This document shows, piece by piece, positions 10,332 through 19,822 of a DNA stretch of 64,000 bases (its first letter is position 1; each line of letters begins with the position of its first letter). A program made the translations under genes and the position numbers. The stretch covers positions 400,858 to 464,857 of the forward strand of contig CAVZXS010000011.1 in NCBI GenBank assembly GCA_963779325.1, given 5' to 3'. This stretch comes from an uncultured Bacteroidota bacterium (GTDB taxonomy: Bacteria; Bacteroidota; Bacteroidia; Chitinophagales; Chitinophagaceae). Below the pieces are notes generated by a model. That model ran no database searches. It was not told the DNA's origin and was given only the letters and a program-made list of their open reading frames with translations.

Positions 10332-11648
10332 ATGGGTACAATTCGTTTTGAACTCCGCAACGAAAAGACTGATAAAACAGGCAAAGCACCTGTACGAATG
10401 ATTTACCAAGTTAGCGGGCAACGTAAATACTATAATACAGGAAAAAAAGTACCTCCCCAAAGTTGGCACCCGGATAAACAGCAAGCTATTTACCTCGATA
10501 AAAAGACTGCAAAGAAATTACACCCGACAATTCCTTACGATTTACTTTTCACTCACAGCGAAACAGAAACGCTTAATAACGAACTTTCAGACCTGCAAAA
10601 ACAAGTGAAGGAAATTGAACATCGGTTTGAAATGGATAAAATTCCTTACTCCGCTGAAATGGTGATTGATAAACTAAATGACAATAAAAAACCAACTACT
10701 AAGAAAGAAGCTCCAAACAAAATATTATTTGATTTCATTGATAAGTACATTGAAGATCATAAAATGACAAGGGAGGCGGGGAGTTTAACGGTTTACAAAT
10801 CGTTGAAAAATCATTTACAGGATTACCAGCAGGCCACAAAAAAGAAAATAGCTTTTGATAAAATAGATTATTCTTTTTTTCAATCTTTCCAAAACTTCCT
10901 GATTGAAAAAAAGGGCTTAAACAATACCACCGTAGCTAAGCAACTAAGCACCGTTAAAACATTTCTTAACTATGCTAAAACACAGGGTATTGCCGTTACC
11001 GATAAGTATAAAGACTTTAAAATAAAGCGGGAAACATTGGAAGTAATTGCCTTAACCAATGAAGAATTTGAAGCCTTGTATTATCTCGACCTCTCGGCAA
11101 ACAAAAGACTTGCACAGGTACGGGACGTTTTTTGTTTTGCCTGTTCTACCGGGTTAAGGTATTCAGACCTCAATCAACTGAAACGGGAACACATAAAGCA
11201 TGATGAAATAAGGATAACGGTAAAGAAAACAAAAGAGCCTCTAAGCGTTCCCCTAACTCCGTATTCAAAAACCATATTAGCAAGATACGAAGCCATGCAC
11301 CGGCCCTTGCCTGTAATTAGCAACCAACGGTTAAATGATTATGTAAAAGAATTATGCAGCATGGCGGGTATTTCCGATCAGGTGGAAATAGTACGTTTCA
11401 GAGGTACGAAACGGGAAGCCATTACCTATAAAAAATATGAACTGATAGGAGTACATACCGGCCGTAAAACATTTGCCACACTATCGCTGGAAAGAGGAAT
11501 GAGTGCGGAGGAAGTAATGACAATCACGGGCCACAGGGATTACCAAAGTTTTAAACGGTATGTGAAGGTAACAGAGCAACGTAAAAAAATCGTAATGCTG
11601 AAAGCCTGGGGCGGCGAACTAAGTTCAATAAAGTTAAAAGCAATATAA
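10332..11648 (+). CDS. tyrosine site-specific recombinase/integrase with N-terminal arm-type DNA-binding domain (Bacteroidetes integrase family)
   Basis: 438 aa; N-terminus MGTIRFELRNEKTDKTGKAPVRMIYQVSGQRKYYNTGKKV typical of Bacteroides-type integrase arm-binding domain; C-terminal catalytic HTGRKTFAT...GHRDYQSFKRYVKV (R-H-R-Y). Confidence 0.9.
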   Translation: MGTIRFELRNEKTDKTGKAPVRMIYQVSGQRKYYNTGKKVPPQSWHPDKQQAIYLDKKTAKKLHPTIPYDLLFTHSETETLNNELSDLQKQVKEIEHRFEMDKIPYSAEMVIDKLNDNKKPTTKKEAPNKILFDFIDKYIEDHKMTREAGSLTVYKSLKNHLQDYQQATKKKIAFDKIDYSFFQSFQNFLIEKKGLNNTTVAKQLSTVKTFLNYAKTQGIAVTDKYKDFKIKRETLEVIALTNEEFEALYYLDLSANKRLAQVRDVFCFACSTGLRYSDLNQLKREHIKHDEIRITVKKTKEPLSVPLTPYSKTILARYEAMHRPLPVISNQRLNDYVKELCSMAGISDQVEIVRFRGTKREAITYKKYELIGVHTGRKTFATLSLERGMSAEEVMTITGHRDYQSFKRYVKVTEQRKKIVMLKAWGGELSSIKLKAI

Positions 11649-11656
11649 TTATCAGT

Positions 11657-12217
11657 ATGCAGATCATTAAAAGTATTCAAAACAGGATTTATGAAATAAG
11701 AGGCGAAAGGGTAATGCTTGACAGGGATTTGGCCGCACTTTATGAAACCGAAACAAAATCTTTGAATCTTGCTGTAAAACGTAATGCAAAGCGTTTCCCT
11801 CCCGATTTTATGTTTCAGCTTACCAAAACTGAATTTGAGGCTTTGAGGTTGCAAATTGAAACCTTAGAAAAATCAGACAATCCTTTGAGGTTGCAAAATG
11901 AAACCTCAAAAGGCAGGGGTGGCACAAGGTATTTACCCTATGCCTTTACCGAACAGGGCGTTGCCATGTTAAGCGGTGTATTAAACAGCGACAACGCCAT
12001 AAACATGAATATTGCTATTATGCGAGCTTTTGTAGAAGTAAGGAAGGTACTGATAAAACAAAATGATTTGAAAGAACAGTTGAAAGAGATAAAAGAAAGA
12101 TTGGGGGAACATGATGTACAACTGAATCAAATTTACGATGCAATGGAAAACCTGTTGGACGAAAAAGCAGCGGAGAGAAAGTGGGATGAAAGAGAAAGAA
12201 TAGGGTTTAAGAAATAG
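11657..12217 (+). CDS. ORF6N-domain protein (KilA-N-related DNA-binding/antirepressor-like)
   Basis: 186 aa; IRGERVMLDRDLAALYETETKSLNLAVKRNAKRFPPDFMFQL matches ORF6N domain; coiled-coil C-terminus. Confidence 0.7.
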   Translation: MQIIKSIQNRIYEIRGERVMLDRDLAALYETETKSLNLAVKRNAKRFPPDFMFQLTKTEFEALRLQIETLEKSDNPLRLQNETSKGRGGTRYLPYAFTEQGVAMLSGVLNSDNAINMNIAIMRAFVEVRKVLIKQNDLKEQLKEIKERLGEHDVQLNQIYDAMENLLDEKAAERKWDERERIGFKK

Positions 12218-12249
12218 ATTAAAATTTTAATATAAAGTGTAAAAGACTA

Positions 12250-14934
12250 ATGGAAAATAATCTTAAAAAAGAAACAATTGATTCATTCAATTTAGATATT
12301 TTTTTTCAGTTACATGGTACGTCGAAATACGCAAAGAGTGATAGCGACTTTCAGGTAATATTTGAAAGAGAAATGAAGGAGTTAAACGACGTAGGGTTAG
12401 CGATTACCAATAGAAGTAAAATTTTTCAAATCAAAGAAATAATTGCTGATGTAGAGAAATATATTAAGCGATATAATGAAGTTCGAACTTATAAAGCTGT
12501 TAGAAACAGGGGCTTACTTGAAGCTGCTCATGAGTTTATCAGTTGGTTGAAAATAAAAAAGGAAAGTCTAAGAGAACAGGGTAAGGAGGCAAATCACAGC
12601 AACAAAAAAAAGTCCTCGCTAAAAGAAAAATTATCTGAATCATTGACACAAAATAAATCTTCTGATATGATGGTTGATTGCGAGAAATGTAACAAGTTGT
12701 TTATAACGGAAATAAAGGATTTATGTAGCAATTGCAGCATACACAGACAAGTAAGTGATGTTAGGGAAAATATGATATTAAAGTTTGAAACACTCAGCAG
12801 TACAAATAATAAGAGTGCATTAATTGATTACCTTAAAGAGAAAATAGATAAAGGGAATAAAATTATAATAGATACTATAGACGGGGACTCACTACACGCA
12901 GACGATAATTACAGAAAAAATAGAGTTGCAATAATACTTAGCTGGAAAGATTGCGTGAAATATTATAGCGAACAATTGGATTTGCTGAATGATGCAGCCA
13001 CAAAAAATAATAATGAAGACCCTATTTTCTCAGGCTTAGAGCCTCCCCGATATTATTATGCAATTGATAACGGAAATTTTCGAATTACCAACAACGCTAC
13101 CCCGGAACAAATAAATAGTCTTGTTAAGAAAATTCAAGCTACAAACACAATGAAGTTTTGTAATGAACTAAAAAGTAAAACTGCTGATGAAATACCGGCA
13201 TACTTAGATTTTCATTTACGATGTTTTAAACGTAATGGGGGCAACCCTTCTGAGTGGCTTATCTATACAAAAAAGCAAATGCCCGGCGGTTTTTCGCATC
13301 AACAACAGGATGCTTTTTTGTTGTGGTTTGAAAACAACCGGTTAAATAACGAAACTAAAACCGGAAATGATATGCCCGAAGATAATCTAAACCATAATTC
13401 ACGGCAATACAAAGAAGCATTTGAAAAATATAATACTGCCTGCAATGAGCTAAGAAAAAAGTACAGGGTAGAATATATTATTACAAAGGAAGATTTGGAA
13501 GATATCCCCAACGCAAAAGAAGGTGATAAAACAACTACAAATCCACCTATCCCAAATAATACTAAAGAAGCATTTGAATTATTTAAAAACTACTATGGCG
13601 CTATACAACTTGAAGTGAATAAATTACACTTTTGCCAAAAATACCTCGCATGGAATGAACCTGCTATCAAAGCAGAAATAAAAATTATTGAAGACTGGAT
13701 AAACAAGGCGGAACAAATAAAGTATTCAGATTGTGCTATTAACCCGCAAGGCAATATTGAAAACTCTCATAGTCAGGAACATGAATATTTAAGATTAAAG
13801 AATGGGTTTTATGAAAGCTATTTAATGACGTGGGAGCAACACCAATATACATCAACTGCTTCAACTGTTTGCGGTAGGTATTTTTTATTTTATGAGTATC
13901 TTAAAGAATTAGTAAAAGGTGAAATTTGTAAGGTTCCCTCAATAATAGAAGCTATAAGGAATAATCCCAAAATCTGTGATGAAATACTATGGTCATATTA
14001 TAATATGGTAGATCAACCTAAAGAAAGACCTAAAAATTATGTAGGGCCACTTTGGAGGCACAATGCACCTTATCAGGTAAATATTTATGGAGCTTACCCA
14101 CTAATGAGCCAGTGGGAGATTTTGGAAATGCACATGGCTAATGTCGATGATAAAAGCGGGTATTACAAAGAATACAAAAAGGAGAAAGTTTTTGAATCGT
14201 TAAAGGATTATGCCAAAGGTTTTCGATTTGGCTTTGATAATTTTTTTGTTGATATAGCAAAAGAGAAATTAACTTCTGAATTGACCCGGGAAGAAAAAGT
14301 TTTTGCGATTATTGATTATTTGACAAATCCCTTTAACAGATCTGGCTTTTCCATATCACGCGGAGTAGGTGATGTTTTTTCAGGTTGGTATGATGACGGG
14401 GTAAACGGAGGGAAATACTATTGTGCGTGGTATTTTATAATGAGTAACCACCGACTTTTTGAGCCTCATTTTAAAGAAAAAAATAAACTCCCAGAAAAAG
14501 ATGAGAGCGGAGATTTTATAGAAGCTAATTTCGAAGAAGCAGCCGATGCAACTCGTGATTTGATTACTAAACATCTTCATTGCCTTTCAGGTAAATGGAG
14601 AGGTGTGCAAATAATGACTAATGATGAGTACGAAAGACTTATTAAATACGCTCTATACACCTTTAAAAATACAAAACTACCTTTGAAAATAGAGGCAATA
14701 AAAAAAGGCCAAAGCAAAACTCCAGAGTTATTTTACAGGCAAACAATATATCTGTTTTGGAAGATTGAACTAAAGGGAAATAAAGAGCATAGGCAGGATT
14801 TGTGGATTGATTTTTATAAAAAGATTTTCGCTCCATTTTGTAAGAATATTAAGAGTGAATGGAGTAAAAATTTTTCTAAATCTTACAAAAGCTATCCGGC
14901 GGATAAAAATAATATAGATTACACTAAAGCATAA
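12250..14934 (+). CDS. large hypothetical protein (894 aa), cargo of the integrative element; no recognisable catalytic motif
   Basis: intact 2.7-kb ORF, Lys/Glu/Asn-rich, one CxxC..CxxC cluster (CEKCNKLFITEIKDLCSNCS), several aromatic-rich blocks (GWYDDGVNGGKYYCAWYF). Confidence 0.6.
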   Translation: MENNLKKETIDSFNLDIFFQLHGTSKYAKSDSDFQVIFEREMKELNDVGLAITNRSKIFQIKEIIADVEKYIKRYNEVRTYKAVRNRGLLEAAHEFISWLKIKKESLREQGKEANHSNKKKSSLKEKLSESLTQNKSSDMMVDCEKCNKLFITEIKDLCSNCSIHRQVSDVRENMILKFETLSSTNNKSALIDYLKEKIDKGNKIIIDTIDGDSLHADDNYRKNRVAIILSWKDCVKYYSEQLDLLNDAATKNNNEDPIFSGLEPPRYYYAIDNGNFRITNNATPEQINSLVKKIQATNTMKFCNELKSKTADEIPAYLDFHLRCFKRNGGNPSEWLIYTKKQMPGGFSHQQQDAFLLWFENNRLNNETKTGNDMPEDNLNHNSRQYKEAFEKYNTACNELRKKYRVEYIITKEDLEDIPNAKEGDKTTTNPPIPNNTKEAFELFKNYYGAIQLEVNKLHFCQKYLAWNEPAIKAEIKIIEDWINKAEQIKYSDCAINPQGNIENSHSQEHEYLRLKNGFYESYLMTWEQHQYTSTASTVCGRYFLFYEYLKELVKGEICKVPSIIEAIRNNPKICDEILWSYYNMVDQPKERPKNYVGPLWRHNAPYQVNIYGAYPLMSQWEILEMHMANVDDKSGYYKEYKKEKVFESLKDYAKGFRFGFDNFFVDIAKEKLTSELTREEKVFAIIDYLTNPFNRSGFSISRGVGDVFSGWYDDGVNGGKYYCAWYFIMSNHRLFEPHFKEKNKLPEKDESGDFIEANFEEAADATRDLITKHLHCLSGKWRGVQIMTNDEYERLIKYALYTFKNTKLPLKIEAIKKGQSKTPELFYRQTIYLFWKIELKGNKEHRQDLWIDFYKKIFAPFCKNIKSEWSKNFSKSYKSYPADKNNIDYTKA

Positions 14935-15025
14935 AAACCAATCTCAATAAGGGTTTCGCTAACCCTACATTCCCGCTCTTTTTCCCGCTCATCCCTACTT
15001 CTAAGTTGCGTTCAAATTAATAAAA

Positions 15026-15316
15026 ATGACGCAACAAATCACAACCACACTTTCAGAGGGCGAATTAACTGCGCTAATTGAAAATGCTGTAAACAAAGTC
15101 GTACAGCAAATACCCGACAATCAAAAAATCAAAAGCACTCCTATCTCAAGACGGGAATTAATGAATCGGTTAAACATAAGTGAGCCGACAGTGATACGTC
15201 TCGAAAAAAAAGGTAAAATTCCATGTATGCACATCGGCTCGGCCGTAAGGTATGATTGGGAAGCAGTTATTGAAGCATTGGAAAGTAAAAAGAAAAGTGG
15301 AGGGTCTCAAAAATGA
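15026..15316 (+). CDS. excisionase-like helix-turn-helix DNA-binding protein
   Basis: 96 aa; ISRRELMNRLNISEPTVIRLEKKGKIPCMHIGSAVRYDWEAV resembles the Xis/MerR-like HTH_17 domain common in Bacteroidetes mobile elements. Confidence 0.6.
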   Translation: MTQQITTTLSEGELTALIENAVNKVVQQIPDNQKIKSTPISRRELMNRLNISEPTVIRLEKKGKIPCMHIGSAVRYDWEAVIEALESKKKSGGSQK

Positions 15317-15606
15317 AACACTCCACTAAAAAATCTTTGACTCAGCAAAGCAAAGATAAAAAATATAAAACAGAATTGAGGATAGTTTTTGATGCTTTTT
15401 TTAAGCAGCCAATGACTATGAAAGAACTGTCAGTAAAGTATAACGTTGATAGAGCCTCCATTTGTTGGTATTGCAGGGAGTTTCGGCTAAACAATCAAAT
15501 TGCAATAGTAAAAAAAGTGTATTGCAGCATTACAAAACATCTTGCCAACCGATACACTACCAACCCTGCATTGTTTCCTGTTTCATCACAATTAAAAATG
15601 TTTTGA
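15313..15606 (+). CDS. hypothetical small protein (translationally coupled to upstream gene, ATGA overlap)
   Basis: 97 aa; possible HTH (MTMKELSVKYNVDRASICWY). Confidence 0.4.
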   Translation: MKHSTKKSLTQQSKDKKYKTELRIVFDAFFKQPMTMKELSVKYNVDRASICWYCREFRLNNQIAIVKKVYCSITKHLANRYTTNPALFPVSSQLKMF

Positions 15607-15609
15607 TGT

Positions 15610-16779
15610 ATGGAACAAATAAAACCTCAATTCGATTTTGATAAATTCGGAATCGGCAGTATCCCGCCGTCCGAAACGCTGGAGCATGTCAACGGGTTTA
15701 TCAATAACACTATTAGCGATGCTGCGAATCAAAATAATTTGAATCCGCTCAAAGAATTTGAAAGACTGCGCATAACGGATACTACACCGATAAAGCCGCC
15801 TGTACCTGTTATTACTATCAATGGCGAAACTATAAGCACGGAAGGAAACCTGACTACCATAAGCGGTGCCAGTAAAAGCGGCAAAAGTGCGTTTAGCAGC
15901 ATACTCATTGCGGGGGCAATAAGCAATGACGGTGTTATTGACGGATTAGACAGTGTAGAAGTTCAACCCAATACAAACTGTAAAGCCGTATTACATTTTG
16001 ATACCGAACAGGCCCGGCATAAACATCAATACAATGTCAAGTCTATTCTTAAAAGGGCGGGTATGGAAAAATGCCATGAATACTTTCTGTCTTACAATAT
16101 TCGGGAATTGGATATAAGCGATTACGCAACTATCACCAATGACATTTGCCACGCAGCCGAAGAACAGTTTGGCGGTATCCACTTGGTTGTAATTGACGGT
16201 ATTGCTGATTACATAAGCGATGTAAACGACCCTATACAATCCAACGCTATTGTAAAGTTTTTTGAAGAGTTGGCAATTAAGCACCAAACGCCGATAATTA
16301 TTATTGTACATACCAACCCCGGCAGTGATAAAGAGAGAGGTCATTTGGGCAGTCAGTGCCAGCGCAAAAGCGAAAGTGTAATAATGGTAAAGACAGAGGG
16401 AGACATTTCATTTATTGAGCCTAAGTTTTTGCGGATGGCCGGCAAGGGCAGCATACCGCTCATTCAATTTATGTACGATAAAAATAAAGGTTACCATGTC
16501 GGGTGCGGAATAAGAACAGATGACAATGCAAAGAAAGATGCAGAACGTATTGCAGCAATTGAAAAAATATGCGGTAAAGTTTTTGGCGGACAAAAAGCAC
16601 ATGCTTACAGCGATGCGATTGCCGCCATAATGCGGGAGACGGATAAAAAAGAAAGAACAGCAAAGGATATGTTTACCGAAATGAAAGCGCATGAAATGAT
16701 AATACAGGGAGGTGATAAAAATTGGCGACTAAGCACCGGGCAAAGCGAAGAAACAGAGGAAGACAACTTGGTGCAGTAG
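15610..16779 (+). CDS. RecA-superfamily ATPase, RepA/DnaB-like (AAA_25-type) replication protein
   Basis: 389 aa; Walker A SGASKSGKS, Walker B IHLVVIDGIADY, RecA-fold core; typical of plasmid/phage replicative ATPases. Confidence 0.6.
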   Translation: MEQIKPQFDFDKFGIGSIPPSETLEHVNGFINNTISDAANQNNLNPLKEFERLRITDTTPIKPPVPVITINGETISTEGNLTTISGASKSGKSAFSSILIAGAISNDGVIDGLDSVEVQPNTNCKAVLHFDTEQARHKHQYNVKSILKRAGMEKCHEYFLSYNIRELDISDYATITNDICHAAEEQFGGIHLVVIDGIADYISDVNDPIQSNAIVKFFEELAIKHQTPIIIIVHTNPGSDKERGHLGSQCQRKSESVIMVKTEGDISFIEPKFLRMAGKGSIPLIQFMYDKNKGYHVGCGIRTDDNAKKDAERIAAIEKICGKVFGGQKAHAYSDAIAAIMRETDKKERTAKDMFTEMKAHEMIIQGGDKNWRLSTGQSEETEEDNLVQ

Positions 16780-16865
16780 TGTTGCACCGGTTCAATTGCA
16801 CTGCCCTGCACCGGTGCAGTGGTGCAATAGGGTATAGGGAATTGCACCGACTGCACCGCCCGTAA
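16780..16865. repeat. iteron-like cluster of TGCACCG repeats with embedded perfect palindrome CTGCACCGGTGCAG (candidate origin/operator)
   Basis: TTGCACCGG, TTGCACTGC, CTGCACCGGTGCAG, GTGCAAT, TTGCACCGA, CTGCACCGCC within 86 bp immediately downstream of the RepA-like gene. Confidence 0.5.
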
Positions 16866-16877
16866 TACCCTTTTACA

Positions 16878-17096
16878 ATGAAACAGCATTACATAACAGA
16901 CATTTCAAAAAAAATGGAAGAACAAAAACAAGCCCAAAAGCAGTTTAATGAAATAGTGAGCGAAGTTTTGAACAGTGACACGAACCCTGTTTATAAAAGT
17001 GTGGTTGGTGTAGTTTTTTCGCTTATTGAGGACAGGCGTTTGATTAGCCTTGACACACTACTAAAAGAAAACTATCCGGAATATTATTATGAATAA
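16878..17096 (+). CDS. hypothetical small protein
   Basis: 72-aa ORF between iteron cluster and hicB; no motif. Confidence 0.3.
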   Translation: MKQHYITDISKKMEEQKQAQKQFNEIVSEVLNSDTNPVYKSVVGVVFSLIEDRRLISLDTLLKENYPEYYYE

Positions 17097-17109
17097 GCAC
17101 AGCTGCATA

Positions 17110-17487
17110 TTACAGAATAAACCGGATAGCTGCCAACTCTTTACCTACTTGCTGCACACCCTTCAAAATACGCAGCGTTTGGACAGGCGAAGGTTTTTTA
17201 TTACCGTTGATGTATTGCGCCAAAAGACTTTGGTTAATGCCTATACGTTCAGAAAGAGCTTTAGCATTAATTACTTTGTAAAACGCAAAGAACTGCGGCA
17301 AGTCCAAACTTATTTTCAAATCACTTTCATCAACGACTTTTCCTTGCTTCTCAAAGTGAAGATTAAGGGCTTCCAGCATGTTGGCTTTAAGTTCTTCCAA
17401 AGAATCGCCAACAGTATAAACAGGATATTTTTCAGCATAGGCCGAATAACCTGTTTTAGTTCTTTCAACAATCATTTCAATTTTCAT
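17110..17487 (-). CDS. hicB: type II antitoxin HicB (RNase-H-like N-domain plus C-terminal HTH)
   Basis: 125 aa; MKIEMIVERTKTGYSAYAEKYPVYTVGDSLEELKANMLEALNLHFE matches HicB/UPF0150 fold, C-terminal ALSERIGINQSLLAQYINGNKKPS HTH. Confidence 0.8.
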   Translation of the reverse strand: MKIEMIVERTKTGYSAYAEKYPVYTVGDSLEELKANMLEALNLHFEKQGKVVDESDLKISLDLPQFFAFYKVINAKALSERIGINQSLLAQYINGNKKPSPVQTLRILKGVQQVGKELAAIRFIL

Positions 17488-17499
17488 AACTCACTATTT

Positions 17500-17685
17500 T
17501 TATTTTATACCTGCATCTTTTTTTATTTTCTTTTCCAATCCTTTACCCACTTCATGGCTGCCATGATACGGGCAAACAATTTGGCCCTTTTTAACAGGGT
17601 GTTGCATAATCATGTGGCTGCCCGTTTGCCTTACAACAAACCAACCGTCTTTTTTAAGCAGTCTTACCAGTTCGCCGGATTTCAT
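17500..17685 (-). CDS. hicA: type II toxin HicA (mRNA interferase)
   Basis: 61 aa; MKSGELVRLLKKDGWFVVRQTGSHMIMQHPVKKGQIVCPYHGSHEVGKGLEKKIKKDAGI is a near-textbook HicA (YcfA-like) sequence; directly upstream of hicB. Confidence 0.85.
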   Translation of the reverse strand: MKSGELVRLLKKDGWFVVRQTGSHMIMQHPVKKGQIVCPYHGSHEVGKGLEKKIKKDAGIK

Positions 17686-17713
17686 TTTTCAAAGGTAATA
17701 AATTTATTACTTT

Positions 17714-19084
17714 ATGCAAACACATAATCTAAAGCCATTGCCCAAACTTGAATTAGATAAAAAACGATTTCGGGTGAAAAGTTGCCCCTGTGGCAGAAGC
17801 AATAAGGACGGCAAATTTGTTCCCTATACAGGTTATGAAAATAAAGGCTATTGCCATTCATGCGGTGAAACATTTTTACCCGAACTAATAAAGAGTGAGC
17901 AATGGAATACCTCCCCTCCAAAAGCATACAGCAATCGGAGAACTATTGCGCCGAACCAAAAACAGGTTTCCTTTATTCCGGTCGAGGTATTTAAAGACAG
18001 CTTGAAAAATCATGAGACAAACCATTTTGTAAAATACTTAATTGAACTTTTTGGGATTGAGGTTACAAATGAATTGATAAGTAAATATTTTATCGGTACA
18101 TCAAATCATTGGCCCGGGGCAACCGTCTTTTGGCAAATTGATATTATCGGTAAAATAAGAACAGGCAAGATAATGCTGTACAATACTGATACGGGTAAAA
18201 GAGTAAAAGAGCCTTTCAATCATATTCAATGGGTACATAAATTGATTGACTACCCTGAGTTTGAATTAAAGCAATGTTTTTTTGGCAGTCACTTGTTACA
18301 TAATAAAACTAAACCCGTCGCAATAGTTGAAAGTGAAAAGACCGCAATCATAGCAAGTGTTTATTTGCCGCAGTTTATTTGGTTGTCCGTTGGCGGTGTT
18401 GACGGCTTGAACACCGAAAAATGCAGTGTACTAAAAGGGCGAAATGTTACACTCTTCCCGGACCTTAACCGCTTTGAAAATTGGAGTACTAAGGCAAAGG
18501 AGTTGTTAGTAAATGTTAGTGTTTCAGATTTGTTGGAACGCAAAGCAACCGAAGCAGAAAGAAAACAGGGGCTTGACCTTGCCGACTATTTGATAAAGTT
18601 CGATTACAAAGATTTTGCACTTGCCGAAACCCTCACGCAACATAATTTCAAAAATTTTCAAAAACTTTCAACATTAGAGCCGGCACCAACAGAAACCTTC
18701 CTAAAACCTCTAAATGAACTGTTAACTTATGTTAACATTGAAGGGTCTTTACCTCTACATCCGGCAATTGAAAAAACTACCGTAAAACGACGTGAAAACG
18801 CCGATAAAACCTCGGTAAAACCACCGCACAATCCAATTATAAAAGAATCACCAAAGCCCGAAAATTGGGAACAGGATATTACTGAGCTCGAAAATTATTT
18901 TGAAAGCATTGCAATCCCGCCCGGTCCCTTAATGCTGAACCAATGCGGTATAATAATAAATATTCCCTTATTCATTGAAAGCCATATTGCCACCTTGAAA
19001 GCAAATAACGGTAAGCTGACATTTGCACCGTTTTTAAGCAGGTTACAAACTTTAAAAACGATACTTCAAAATGAAAAACACTAA
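17714..19084 (+). CDS. putative DNA primase (N-terminal Zn-binding motif plus Toprim-like domain)
   Basis: 456 aa; CPCGRSNKDGKFVPYTGYENKGYCHSCGETF zinc ribbon; VESEKTAIIASVYLP ... FPDLNRFENW resembles Toprim E / DxD motifs. Confidence 0.55.
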   Translation: MQTHNLKPLPKLELDKKRFRVKSCPCGRSNKDGKFVPYTGYENKGYCHSCGETFLPELIKSEQWNTSPPKAYSNRRTIAPNQKQVSFIPVEVFKDSLKNHETNHFVKYLIELFGIEVTNELISKYFIGTSNHWPGATVFWQIDIIGKIRTGKIMLYNTDTGKRVKEPFNHIQWVHKLIDYPEFELKQCFFGSHLLHNKTKPVAIVESEKTAIIASVYLPQFIWLSVGGVDGLNTEKCSVLKGRNVTLFPDLNRFENWSTKAKELLVNVSVSDLLERKATEAERKQGLDLADYLIKFDYKDFALAETLTQHNFKNFQKLSTLEPAPTETFLKPLNELLTYVNIEGSLPLHPAIEKTTVKRRENADKTSVKPPHNPIIKESPKPENWEQDITELENYFESIAIPPGPLMLNQCGIIINIPLFIESHIATLKANNGKLTFAPFLSRLQTLKTILQNEKH

Positions 19085-19520
19085 AGCCATGCAAAAAAAG
19101 TTGAAAAAAGTTGATGAAAGTAAAAGGCTGAAATTAGTTGCGAAACTGCAAACTACATTTAACGGTAAACTTGAAGCCTTAAATATTGCTTATAAAAACA
19201 AAGACGGGTCTGCGGTTGATAAAGCAAACATAGAGTTATTTGAATTTATGGATAAGAATATACCCGAAGACAACCCCTCTCATATTCAAATGAAAAACCA
19301 TACGTGGCAGCGCAATCATTTGAAGATATTGGCAAGCATTTCAACCTCGACACAGGAAAAAAATCGTATGCCAACCAACACGGAAATATCCAATGATGCC
19401 GGGCTAAGTGAGGAAACGGTTTATAAACACCTGCGGGAATTTAAAGACCATGATCTTTACAAACATGAGGCTGATAAATACCGACTAATGATACATAGGG
19501 TACTTACAACAGTTTTTTAA
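19071..19520 (+). CDS. hypothetical protein
   Basis: 149 aa, Lys-rich; next ORF 19522..19734 starts 2 nt later in another frame (could be one gene with a frameshift). Confidence 0.35.
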   Translation: MKNTKAMQKKLKKVDESKRLKLVAKLQTTFNGKLEALNIAYKNKDGSAVDKANIELFEFMDKNIPEDNPSHIQMKNHTWQRNHLKILASISTSTQEKNRMPTNTEISNDAGLSEETVYKHLREFKDHDLYKHEADKYRLMIHRVLTTVF

Positions 19521-19521
19521 T

Positions 19522-19734
19522 TTGGGTGTACAAGGTGATATACGGGCTTGTAAAGTTTATTTGGATTACTTCATCGCTAACTCACCGGCAGCACCTGTGG
19601 AGCAAACTAATTACATACAAATAAACAATCTCAAAATAACACCTGATGAACTGGAAAAACTACCGCCTGCAACCCTGCAAAAAATAGAAACTTTAATTAA
19701 GATGCCGGTTAAAAAAACTTTGGACAGAAAGTAA
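19522..19734 (+). CDS. hypothetical small protein (or C-terminal continuation of 19071..19520)
   Basis: 70-aa ORF with non-ATG start. Confidence 0.25.
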   Translation: MGVQGDIRACKVYLDYFIANSPAAPVEQTNYIQINNLKITPDELEKLPPATLQKIETLIKMPVKKTLDRK

Positions 19735-19822
19735 GATAAATAATCCTTTTCCCGATTTCCTTTTCAATTACTATTTTTGATTAATATCCGAATAAAGTAT
19801 TAATCTATCAAAATTTTATAAA

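Noticed and set aside
17089-17727. 212-aa + strand ORF
   Set aside because: It completely overlaps the clearly recognisable hicB and hicA genes on the opposite strand. Its low-complexity Phe/Leu-rich translation is typical of antisense reading of an AT-rich region.
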